From a virus (lineage: Duplodnaviria; Caudoviricetes): a stretch of DNA of 24,253 nucleotides. Within the stretch, counting starts at the first letter, position 1, and every line of letters begins with the position of its first letter. The DNA is taken from the IMG/VR virus record IMGVR_UViG_3300020043_000366, positions 1 through 24,253 of that record; one strand, given 5' to 3'. Below, piece after piece: positions 17,420-24,253 of this stretch. The notes under the pieces are model-generated. The model ran no database searches. It was not told where the DNA came from and was given only the letters and a program-made list of their open reading frames with translations. Position numbers and translations under genes: made by a program.

Positions 17420-17853
17420 ACCTCACACCTCACTTCACACTCGAAGAACTGACGGCCTCAGAGACCGCAGAACGCAATGGCTGGGACAACAGCCCTAATG
17501 ACACCGAGCTGGCCAACCTAACGCGCCTGGCAGACTTTCTGGAGCAAGTGAAGGTGGTGCTAAATGGCAAGCCAATCATGATCAGCTCAGGCCTGCGCAC
17601 AAAGAAGGTGAATGATGCGGTTGGAAGCAAAGACTCCAGCCAGCACCGGACTGGCTGCGCTTGTGACTTTCGAGTGCCAGGCATGACACCTGACGATGTG
17701 GTCAAAGCAATCGTGGCCAGTGGCATTGGCTACGACCAGATCATTCGTGAGTTTGACCGCTGGACCCATATCAGCATCTCAAACAGCGAAGACACCAGCC
17801 CACGCAAGCAGGCGCTAATCATTGACAAGGCTGGCACTAGACCTTACGCATAA
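17416..17853 (+). CDS. Endolysin, peptidase M15A family
   Basis: MNLTPHFTLEEL...ISSGLR...N..VG...SQH..G.ACDF...WTHIS: the Zn-binding H-x6-D...H motif of M15 peptidases. Confidence 0.9.
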   Translation: MNLTPHFTLEELTASETAERNGWDNSPNDTELANLTRLADFLEQVKVVLNGKPIMISSGLRTKKVNDAVGSKDSSQHRTGCACDFRVPGMTPDDVVKAIVASGIGYDQIIREFDRWTHISISNSEDTSPRKQALIIDKAGTRPYA

Positions 17854-18029
17854 TTGGCAACGATAGTCACCACAAAGACCATCCACAGCAGGCCGAAAAT
17901 GGCAACCAACAGCCAATAAGAAAAGCGCCTAAGAAGGCGCTCAAAAAATAAAGGCTCAGAAGCACGAGCAATGCGCACAGGGCAGTCACGGCCCTGTCTG
18001 CAATTGCCGTATTCGTCGCAGCAGTTCAT
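17844..18029 (-). CDS. Small membrane protein with CC..GNCRQGRDCPVR N-terminus (61 aa)
   Basis: AAGGAG RBS before ATG 18029; C-terminal TM; 3' end overlaps the endolysin stop convergently. Confidence 0.75.
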   Translation of the reverse strand: MNCCDEYGNCRQGRDCPVRIARASEPLFFERLLRRFSYWLLVAIFGLLWMVFVVTIVANYA

Positions 18030-18139
18030 GTGTTCTTCTCCTTGCATTTGTGAAATGGCATAACTCGACCGAGCCACCCAATCAGTTCACCGCATTTCTG
18101 ACAGCAATAAGATGGGTACTTCATGTGTTCTTCTCCTTG
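18025..18139. repeat. Exact 20-bp direct repeat at gene junctions
   Basis: TTCATGTGTTCTTCTCCTTG at 18025-18044 and 18120-18139. Confidence 0.9.
18026..18124 (-). CDS. Tiny Cys-rich protein (32 aa), absent from ORF track
   Basis: MKYPSYCCQKCGELIGWLGRVMPFHKCKEKNT*; AAGGAG RBS, ATGA-coupled at both ends; CxxC...HxC zinc-finger-like. Confidence 0.7.
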   Translation of the reverse strand: MKYPSYCCQKCGELIGWLGRVMPFHKCKEKNT

Positions 18140-18465
18140 AGTTTGGTTTCAATGGCTCGGGCAATGTCAATGCGATGCTGATCCCAAGGAACTGTGTAGT
18201 CAACACTGCGCCATGCCTTGTCAATTTCTTCATCCGTCAGCCCTACCCATGTGCGCTGTGGTTGAATCTTGTGGCCTTCTGATGCACAAACACCCACCCG
18301 CAAACAATTACCAGTGCGTACCTTTGGTTGCGCCACAGGCTCATCCTTCGCTTCTAGTGCGGCTTTAATGGCGGTGATGGCTTCTTCACATTCAATGCTG
18401 TATCCAGCGTCAGATGCTCGCTTTAACACCCCCAATGAAAGGCGTAATGCTTCGTCTTTAGTCAT
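18121..18465 (-). CDS. Hypothetical early protein (EPVA / WVGLTDEEI / IETKLKEKNT modular type)
   Basis: Start MTKDEALR at 18465 via ATGA coupling; modular motifs typical of mosaic phage accessory genes. Confidence 0.78.
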   Translation of the reverse strand: MTKDEALRLSLGVLKRASDAGYSIECEEAITAIKAALEAKDEPVAQPKVRTGNCLRVGVCASEGHKIQPQRTWVGLTDEEIDKAWRSVDYTVPWDQHRIDIARAIETKLKEKNT

Positions 18466-18626
18466 GACGACCACCAGGCGACCAAGAGGCAGGCCATGCC
18501 AACGCCAATGGCAAAGGCCAAAACATAGCCAGCCACACGCTCCCAAAGCGGCTCTGTGCGGCCATAGCCCTGCACCCAAGTGCAGTCTGCAAAGTTTCTT
18601 GGTGTTTGAAAGTTTGAGTTTTTCAT
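18462..18626 (-). CDS. Small membrane protein (54 aa)
   Basis: AAGGA RBS; MKNSNFQTPRNFADCTW...VAGYVLAFAIGVGMACLLVAWWSS. Confidence 0.75.
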   Translation of the reverse strand: MKNSNFQTPRNFADCTWVQGYGRTEPLWERVAGYVLAFAIGVGMACLLVAWWSS

Positions 18627-18644
18627 GGTTTTTTCCTTAAAGAT

Positions 18645-18658
18645 GGGGCCGAAGCCCC
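18645..18658 (-). terminator. UUCG hairpin (weak terminator or mRNA stabiliser)
   Basis: GGGGC-TTCG-GCCCC on the minus strand just after the stop at 18667; followed by ATCTTT (weak U-tract). Confidence 0.55.
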
Positions 18659-18666
18659 TTTGGTGA

Positions 18667-19047
18667 TTAAGCTGCGGCTTTCTCAGCAAACAAGCGTTTG
18701 GCTTCTGTGCCTTGATAAACATATTCGTCAGAACCGTAAGCAGGATCAATTTCTTCCCAAAATGTTGGAGACAAGAATTGATCAGACTGAAGGGCAGCGT
18801 TAACACGAGCTGCTAAACGCTCGGCTTTGGCAGATGCTTCTTGACGCATATCGGGAAAATAAGAATCGCCAGACTCTTCGCAAACAACTTCCTGAGTGCC
18901 GTTGAAAATTGCTGTATGACGAAAGCGACGACCAGCTGCGTTTTCGATGATGACGTAATACTGTTCTGCGATGAATGGATGACCATCGCATGAGTATCCT
19001 GCATTGAAAAGATCAGATGCGACATAAGCGGTATAAGTTTTGTTCAC
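18667..19047 (-). CDS. Hypothetical early protein (126 aa)
   Basis: AAGGAG RBS then GTG at 19047; flanked by a putative promoter and a hairpin. Confidence 0.75.
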   Translation of the reverse strand: MNKTYTAYVASDLFNAGYSCDGHPFIAEQYYVIIENAAGRRFRHTAIFNGTQEVVCEESGDSYFPDMRQEASAKAERLAARVNAALQSDQFLSPTFWEEIDPAYGSDEYVYQGTEAKRLFAEKAAA

Positions 19048-19084
19048 GGTCAGCTCCTTGCTGGTTGTTGGTTGGTAGGCCTCC

Positions 19085-19137
19085 AGTATAAGGCATTTCC
19101 CACGAAGTCCCACAATTTATTTATAGGGACAAACCCT
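19085..19137 (-). promoter_or_regulatory. Putative sigma70-type promoter with operator-like repeats
   Basis: Minus-strand TATACT (19085-19090), TTGTGG 19 nt upstream (suboptimal spacing), AT-rich UP-like tract; TCCCAC x2 at a 10-bp period; AGGG-N5-CCCT palindrome at 19125-19137. Confidence 0.45.
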
Positions 19138-19625
19138 TACATTGAAGTTATCTCTACATCATGCGGCCTGCGCTTGCCATCGAGCAGGTCATGCAGTCGT
19201 TTTTCAGTCAAGCGGTGGCAACGAATCATCACCCGAGCAGGCAACACTTCCAGAAGGTCGGCATAGTCGCGCAAAAGGGCGCGTACAGCCTGAATTCCAG
19301 CCCCATCCATACGAATGGTGCCACCAGCCCTGTTTCGCTTGCCAGCGACCGCCAAAGCGGTAATAGCATCCATCAGCAGGCCACCAGAATCCTCGCAGAC
19401 CTTCATGTCGAGCACCAGCGTCTCCATGAGGTTGACCGCATCGGAAACCACACGCCAGTCGTCCGTGGTGGGTGTTGGCGCTGTCTCCATAGCATTCAAG
19501 CCACCATACATCATGGTGAGCTGGTGCGTGCGGTGCTCAATAGGCAATGGCTCAGTTGGACTGGCCATCATCTCATCCATGATGGTGTAGTACTTCCTCC
19601 GCTGCTGGCGCTTCTTTTTTTGCAT
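19137..19625 (-). CDS. Hypothetical helical protein (162 aa)
   Basis: Start MQKKKRQQRRK at 19625 via TGATG coupling; the track's upstream extension overlaps two other genes. Confidence 0.75.
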   Translation of the reverse strand: MQKKKRQQRRKYYTIMDEMMASPTEPLPIEHRTHQLTMMYGGLNAMETAPTPTTDDWRVVSDAVNLMETLVLDMKVCEDSGGLLMDAITALAVAGKRNRAGGTIRMDGAGIQAVRALLRDYADLLEVLPARVMIRCHRLTEKRLHDLLDGKRRPHDVEITSM

Positions 19626-19756
19626 CAGTAACCTCTCCAGATGCGAACATCCACCAGCCACAACGAGACAAAGAACTCGCCACCAGAAAAGCCAATACCA
19701 AACACTGGCCACTTGTGCATCAACGTGTCGATGCTGATGTGAATCTGCTTCTTCAT
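19625..19756 (-). CDS. Small hypothetical protein (43 aa), absent from ORF track
   Basis: AGGAG RBS; MKKQIHISIDTLMHKWPVFGIGFSGGEFFVSLWLVDVRIWRGY*; coupled at both ends. Confidence 0.7.
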   Translation of the reverse strand: MKKQIHISIDTLMHKWPVFGIGFSGGEFFVSLWLVDVRIWRGY

Positions 19757-19923
19757 GCCTTGGTCTCCTGTGCTTGCTGGCGCTCCAATTCCATCTTGAC
19801 GCAGTGCAGAATCTGCGCGGCCAGAGTGCGCGTGTTGCGCTCGGCCATCTTGCGCAGCTCGATCTCAATGTCGGCAGGCAGTCTGATCGTCATGTAGCGA
19901 TCTTTGATTTTTGCGGTGCTCAT
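19753..19923 (-). CDS. Arc-like ribbon-helix-helix DNA-binding protein (56 aa), absent from ORF track
   Basis: MSTAKIKDRYMTIRLPADIEIELRKMAERNTRTLAAQILHCVKMELERQ...: alternating beta-strand TIRLP and A....R[ST]L..QI RHH pattern; ATGA-coupled. Confidence 0.82.
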   Translation of the reverse strand: MSTAKIKDRYMTIRLPADIEIELRKMAERNTRTLAAQILHCVKMELERQQAQETKA

Positions 19924-20333
19924 AGGTCGACCCCCTGATAAATGCTTTCAAGTCGGTTGATTTGATGTGCCAGCATGTTGTTAAAAGAACTGAGCTGGCT
20001 GGCCAAGGCAGAGCCTGACTGGTCTGATCCGCGTAGCGTGTTACTTGTCTCTGGCTGCGGAATAGTTGCCGTTGCCAAACGACGATCAAGCTCGTCAATG
20101 ACGCATATCAACGCATTGAGGTGTTTCTCGTACTGCTGCAATTCGCGAGCCACGTTCCCTTGAGGGCGAACCTTTTCGATTGAGGGCCCAGGAATGGCTC
20201 CGCCACGCATGTATGCCTGCTTCTCCGCCATGTGATGAGCGTACTGGCCCAAGTCAATACCCTTCTGCCGTTGCTCGGCACTGCTGTAAGGGTCTCTTGG
20301 CTCGTAGTCTCTTGAAAGTTGGTCGTAGCTCAT
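19920..20333 (-). CDS. Hypothetical coiled-coil protein (137 aa)
   Basis: Coupled to neighbours (TGATG, ATGA); GGAGG RBS. Confidence 0.7.
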   Translation of the reverse strand: MSYDQLSRDYEPRDPYSSAEQRQKGIDLGQYAHHMAEKQAYMRGGAIPGPSIEKVRPQGNVARELQQYEKHLNALICVIDELDRRLATATIPQPETSNTLRGSDQSGSALASQLSSFNNMLAHQINRLESIYQGVDL

Positions 20334-20569
20334 CAGTCAGTCCCTCCAGCATTGATCACATCCTCGAACATGTCAGCGGTAGCAGGAACACCGGCCAACT
20401 CAATTGGCACGTTATTGGTCAGCAAGTTGACCAAGTCATCTTGGCCAGCCACCTCGATGTCGAATTGAGTCTGGGCAGCATGGCGAATTGCTTGTGCCTG
20501 GTTGCCAGCGCGAATCAGGCGGTGGCGATTGGTCTCCACATCGGTGACCACATAAATGCGTGTGCTCAT
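20333..20569 (-). CDS. Hypothetical protein (78 aa, RLIRAGNQAQAIRHAA type)
   Basis: AAGGA RBS, ATGA coupling. Confidence 0.75.
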   Translation of the reverse strand: MSTRIYVVTDVETNRHRLIRAGNQAQAIRHAAQTQFDIEVAGQDDLVNLLTNNVPIELAGVPATADMFEDVINAGGTD

Positions 20570-20928
20570 AAATTGTCCTTGTGTTGGTTAAAAAAGGCCT
20601 GAAGTTTGCCCTTGGCATCATCAGCACCTTTTCCCACTATACAACAGAATCTCACACTTTCAAGATAGGCAATCCAGTCTTTCTGCTCGGTACTCAGGCT
20701 GCCACCCTTGGTGCGCTTCATCTCAACCCAAAGCCCCCAAGCAGGGATGAACAGATCAGGAACACCAGAGGAAACACCCTCGGCCTTCAGACGGCCAGCG
20801 GTGGCCGGACTGCGAGCACCACCATTGGGAATGGCAAAGATGCGCACGCCTGGCCAAGTCTGGCGAAACCAACGCACCAGCTCGCGCTGCTCCTCATGCT
20901 CGGTGGGTATACGGTCTAAAACGGACAT
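20566..20928 (-). CDS. VRR-NUC domain nuclease
   Basis: EHEEQ...FAIPNGG...LKAEGVSSGVPDL...WVEMK...G.LS.EQ..WI: PD-(D/E)xK VRR-NUC signature. Confidence 0.9.
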   Translation of the reverse strand: MSVLDRIPTEHEEQRELVRWFRQTWPGVRIFAIPNGGARSPATAGRLKAEGVSSGVPDLFIPAWGLWVEMKRTKGGSLSTEQKDWIAYLESVRFCCIVGKGADDAKGKLQAFFNQHKDNL

Positions 20929-21110
20929 TCTGGCTCCCACTTAGGACAGGCATCCACCTCAGCAGCAAACTCGGCTGGTGGTGTCATGAAGAACTCGGTG
21001 CACAGGCCATCTGTGCCATACATCTCGCAGGTGTGGCAGCACTTCGGTGGACCGGCCTTGATCCACTCGCGGTAGTCAACCAAGAATTGTGGCTCTGGTG
21101 GTCGGCTCAT
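20916..21110 (-). CDS. Small Cys-rich hypothetical protein (64 aa)
   Basis: ATGA-coupled start MSRPPEPQF; CCHTCEMY..GLCTEF...CPKW. Confidence 0.72.
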   Translation of the reverse strand: MSRPPEPQFLVDYREWIKAGPPKCCHTCEMYGTDGLCTEFFMTPPAEFAAEVDACPKWEPECPF

Positions 21111-21259
21111 TTCAGACCCCTTTGCATCAACTTCACCCAGCACCGAGCGCAATGCCACTTGGTGCGCACCTTGACACCACCAAGCGGATCAGCCTCACGA
21201 CTGCACACATCACAAACCTTGAGCTTGTGCATTCGATTCATTTGTTCTTCAACTGTCAT
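21107..21259 (-). CDS. Small zinc-finger protein (50 aa)
   Basis: TAAGGAG RBS; MTVEEQ...CDVC...CARC. Confidence 0.7.
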   Translation of the reverse strand: MTVEEQMNRMHKLKVCDVCSREADPLGGVKVRTKWHCARCWVKLMQRGLK

Positions 21260-21269
21260 TCCCAACTCC

Positions 21270-22019
21270 TTAAAATCCGCAGTAACCACTACTGCATTGG
21301 TTAAACATTTGATCTTGACGATCGTCATACTTTCCACGCTCTGCATAAGCCCATGCAATAACCTTGCGGATACCAACAGCTCCACCGTGGCGCTTTGGCC
21401 TAAACATTGTCTTTCCGACCTTTGCCTCAAGTTCTTCAACGCGAGCAATATCAGCCTCAGTGAGTTGTCTCATGTCGTCTCGGTTTGAATTGATGCAAGG
21501 TGAGCACTCCTTGCTTCTATGTGGCAACTTGTCAATGCCAGCACGCGCCAATAGCTCATCTCGCATTGCCTCGGTATGCAAATACAGTGGGTGCCATATT
21601 TTTCTACCACCGTGATACTCACTTGAATCAATAAATTCTGGTGTATCTGCTCGTTCTTGGCTTTCTTCCCTACGCTTTCCAATCATCACAATGGCTGAGT
21701 TTTCTTTGTCTGTCTCATCAATCCAAGTCAAAAATGGCAGACCCTTCAAAATTCCACTGCACCACTGATAACGCTGACTTGGGAAACCTTTTTTCCGAAG
21801 CATTAGTTCCTCAAAAGACACGGCTGATGCAATGTGAACTGGCGTAAAACCAATTGAATCAACCCAACTTTCAAGGCGACTTACGCGATCAAGCCAACCT
21901 GGTGCAGCCCATCCGGTATCAACAAAGATGACAGATACATCTTGCAGATTCTGTTCTTTGGCCCACTGAATCATGGCCACACTGTCGTTGCCGTAGCTCG
22001 TACTGATGGCGTATTTCAT
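21270..22019 (-). CDS. PAPS reductase-family (adenine nucleotide alpha-hydrolase fold) protein
   Basis: PP-loop variant SYGNDS, DTGW, WC...K..P, IG.RREES..RA, PL, CSPC and terminal CSSGYC. Confidence 0.82.
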   Translation of the reverse strand: MKYAISTSYGNDSVAMIQWAKEQNLQDVSVIFVDTGWAAPGWLDRVSRLESWVDSIGFTPVHIASAVSFEELMLRKKGFPSQRYQWCSGILKGLPFLTWIDETDKENSAIVMIGKRREESQERADTPEFIDSSEYHGGRKIWHPLYLHTEAMRDELLARAGIDKLPHRSKECSPCINSNRDDMRQLTEADIARVEELEAKVGKTMFRPKRHGGAVGIRKVIAWAYAERGKYDDRQDQMFNQCSSGYCGF

Positions 22020-23605
22020 TCCCAGCTCCTTTTGATCACTCTAAAAAACTTTCCGTCCTTGCGATACTCAATCCACTCTGGTGGCGTGGCCTTGTTCATG
22101 TTCTGCACCATGTCTTCCAGCGTCTTCACATTCAGACCACCAGGCACAATGCTGGCGCTGTTGGCAATGCTCAGAAGCTGGCTCATTGCACGCTGGCCTG
22201 CATAGCCTTCGTGCATGATCGGCAAATACTCGGTGATCGGTGTGTCGCTCAGGCCACCGTAGTAAGTCACGGCCAGCATCTCGATGCCAGAGGCCTTGCT
22301 GATGTGCTTGCGCCATGTCCAGCTCGTCACTTCCAGCTCTTGGCCATCCAGACCCATGATGTCGTCATTTCGCAACACCATCGATTTTTTTACTGGCTCA
22401 GGAAACTGCTCACCGCATGAAGGGCAAAGCATCACCGAGATGTGCACCAACTCACCGCAGTGATCGCACACCTTGACTGGTGCCTCGCCATTGCCATCGC
22501 CACCCTTCTTGGGCGGCTGCACATTGGTGATCGGACCATGCGACTCGACAACACCAGCAAAGTCGAGCACCAAACAATGATCGGTGTGCGACTTCACGCG
22601 CATGCCACGGCCTGCCATCTGCACATAAAGGCTGGCGCTCATGGTCGGGCGCAGCATCACCACCAGATCGATGTCTGGATAGTCAAAGCCAGTGGTCAGC
22701 ACATTGGCATTGGTGAGCGCACGCACACGGCCAGCCTTGAAGTCGGCCAGCATGCGCTCGCGCTCTTTCTTTGGTGTCTCGCCAGTCACGCACTCAGCGG
22801 TCACACCATGCTGGCGCAGGACTTCGGCCACGTGCTCGGCATGCTTCACGCCAGCACAAAAGAACAGCCATGCCTTGCGCTCACCGGCCAAGCCCATGAC
22901 CTCATGCACCACGGCCTGATTCTTGTCGTCAGTATCCACAGCGGCCTGCAACTCGGACTCGATGAACTCGCCACCACGCTTCTTCACGCCAGTCACATCC
23001 AGCTTGGCCTTGGTGACCTTGGAGCGCAGTGTGGCCAGATAACCTTTGAACACCAGCTCCTCGATGCTGACAGGCGTGAGCAGATCATCAAACAACGCAG
23101 GCTTATCGGTGATCAAGCCATGCCCCAAGCGGTAAGGCGTGGCAGTCAGGCCAATCACGCGCAGGTGTGGATTGATGGCCTTCAACTCGCCAAGCAGTTT
23201 GCGATAGCCACCTTCGTCCTTATGGTTGACCAAGTGGCACTCGTCAATGATCACCAGATCGATGTGGCCAAGCGCACCGGCCTTGGTGCGCACAGACTGG
23301 ATGCCAGCAAAAGTGATCGGCTCGCTCAAGTCTTTCTGACCAATGCTGGCGCTGTAGATGCCCATCGGTGCACCAGGCCAATGCTGGCGCATCTTCTCGG
23401 CATTCTGCTCGATCAGCTCCTTGACATGGGTCAGCATGAGCACCCGAGTCTCTGGCCAGTTCTGCAAGGCATCCTTGCACAGCGCAGCCACAATGTGCGA
23501 CTTGCCTGAGCCGGTCGGCAGCACCAGACATGGATTACCTTGATTGCCAGCCTCAAACCATCGGTACAGCTCGTCGATGGTGCGCTGTTGATAGTCTCTC
23601 AGCAT
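22016..23605 (-). CDS. Superfamily 2 DNA helicase (RadD/YejH-like) with zinc ribbon
   Basis: LRDYQ Q-motif, PTGSGKS, DECH, TATP, LTTGFDYP, QMAGRGMR, CDHC...CPSC. Confidence 0.93.
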   Translation of the reverse strand: MLRDYQQRTIDELYRWFEAGNQGNPCLVLPTGSGKSHIVAALCKDALQNWPETRVLMLTHVKELIEQNAEKMRQHWPGAPMGIYSASIGQKDLSEPITFAGIQSVRTKAGALGHIDLVIIDECHLVNHKDEGGYRKLLGELKAINPHLRVIGLTATPYRLGHGLITDKPALFDDLLTPVSIEELVFKGYLATLRSKVTKAKLDVTGVKKRGGEFIESELQAAVDTDDKNQAVVHEVMGLAGERKAWLFFCAGVKHAEHVAEVLRQHGVTAECVTGETPKKERERMLADFKAGRVRALTNANVLTTGFDYPDIDLVVMLRPTMSASLYVQMAGRGMRVKSHTDHCLVLDFAGVVESHGPITNVQPPKKGGDGNGEAPVKVCDHCGELVHISVMLCPSCGEQFPEPVKKSMVLRNDDIMGLDGQELEVTSWTWRKHISKASGIEMLAVTYYGGLSDTPITEYLPIMHEGYAGQRAMSQLLSIANSASIVPGGLNVKTLEDMVQNMNKATPPEWIEYRKDGKFFRVIKRSWE

Positions 23606-24161
23606 GGAAGTTTTCCCCACTGGTCAGCCATTGCTTGCGCAATTCCTGAGAATGTCTCGCTGCGCAACTTCCATCGATCTGCGCTAGGTGGCATTTTGTG
23701 GATGCGCGGTTCCCTGCCATCGACAATGTTTGTTGGCCTGAGCAATGGCAGATTTTTAAGCCACAGACTGGTGGCCTTTGTCTCGCCATGACCAAACTGC
23801 CACGGCTGGATAATCTGATCAGGCTTGCGCCACAAACTGGACATGATGCAAATCGGGTTCTCAATTGCAATGCGAGGAATGTTGCAATTTGCAAGCATCA
23901 TGAAAAATGATGCACTGGCCTGTTGGCGACCAATTAAACGCTTGCCTTCAAAGTGTCGCGCACCACTGACAGACAGATCGGTGCATGGAGGATGGGCAAT
24001 CATCAAATCCCAAGGATAGTCCAGCACATCGCGAACATCACCTTGGTAATGTGGCCCAGGCACATCGGTGGGCAATAGATCACAGCTCATTGCTTCCCCC
24101 CCCCCCGAATGAAAGCATCGCGAACACGGCCAGAGTATTCGCAAGCCACAAGAATTCGCAT
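23599..24161 (-). pseudogene. Compact C5-cytosine DNA methyltransferase-like gene, frameshifted at a G11 tract
   Basis: N-terminus MRILVACEYSGRVRDAFIR (ATG 24161 or 24170) hits a stop just after G11 (C-run 24096-24106). The body EAMSCDL...AHPPCT...IENP...QFGH...RSETF...AMADQWG lies in another frame. May be phase-variable or a sequencing error. Confidence 0.78.
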
Positions 24162-24253
24162 CTTTCTCATCCCACAATCCTTCCACCAAAGTCCTTTACC
24201 ACACAACCCATGAAGACATCAACCCTTCGTCAAGCAGCACCCTTTGACAGTAC

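Larger units (their letters stand above)
1..24253. mobile_element. P22-like podovirus phage/prophage genome segment (late arm on +, early/replication arm on -)
   Basis: Gene order coat, gp4, gp10, needle, ejection x3, tailspike, lysis matches P22-like morphogenesis; converges with a helicase/VRR-NUC/MTase arm; tightly packed, coupled ORFs; no host genes or integrase in the window. Confidence 0.95.

Noticed and set aside
22442-23509. 355-aa + strand ORF
   Set aside because: Antisense shadow of the helicase caused by codon bias; no RBS or motifs.
24090-24189. Track N-terminus MVEGLWDEKDANSC of the methyltransferase
   Set aside because: The recognisable N-terminus (MRILVACEYSG) is in another frame; the track extension is an artefact of the G11 frameshift.
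24167-24253. Possible 3' end of an upstream gene (...KDFGGRIVG*) and a short GTCAA/TTGAC inverted repeat
   Set aside because: The frame has a stop about 20 codons upstream and the window ends; could be a junction or assembly end, but too little sequence to call.
1-24253. tRNA, CRISPR array, integrase/att, reverse transcriptase/DGR, intron
   Set aside because: None recognised by eye; no TR/VR-like repeat pair noticed near the RBPs.

Overview
The whole window is a fragment of a tailed dsDNA phage or prophage with P22-like (podovirus) morphogenesis genes. The + strand arm (1-17853) carries a P22-type coat protein (5'-truncated), small basic proteins, gp4/gp10 tail-hub proteins, a long needle/fibre protein and three ejection (DNA transfer) proteins. 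It continues with a split tailspike system (stand-alone head-binding adaptor plus two receptor-binding proteins) and an expanded lysis region ending in an M15 endolysin. The convergent - strand arm (17844-24253) carries small cassette-like early genes, an Arc-like repressor, a VRR-NUC nuclease, a PAPS-reductase-family protein, an SF2 helicase and a C5-methyltransferase-like gene frameshifted at a G11 tract. Most interesting: (1) a DDxxD isoprenoid-synthase-like protein in the slot where P22 and T7 have a GNAT-like gene, just upstream of the first ejection protein; (2) a T4 T-like holin with a periplasmic domain, next to unannotated small secreted/membrane proteins and a second holin, suggesting a possible lysis-inhibition system; (3) a possibly phase-variable methyltransferase. 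Family assignments come from motif recognition and remembered reference sequences; no database search was run.
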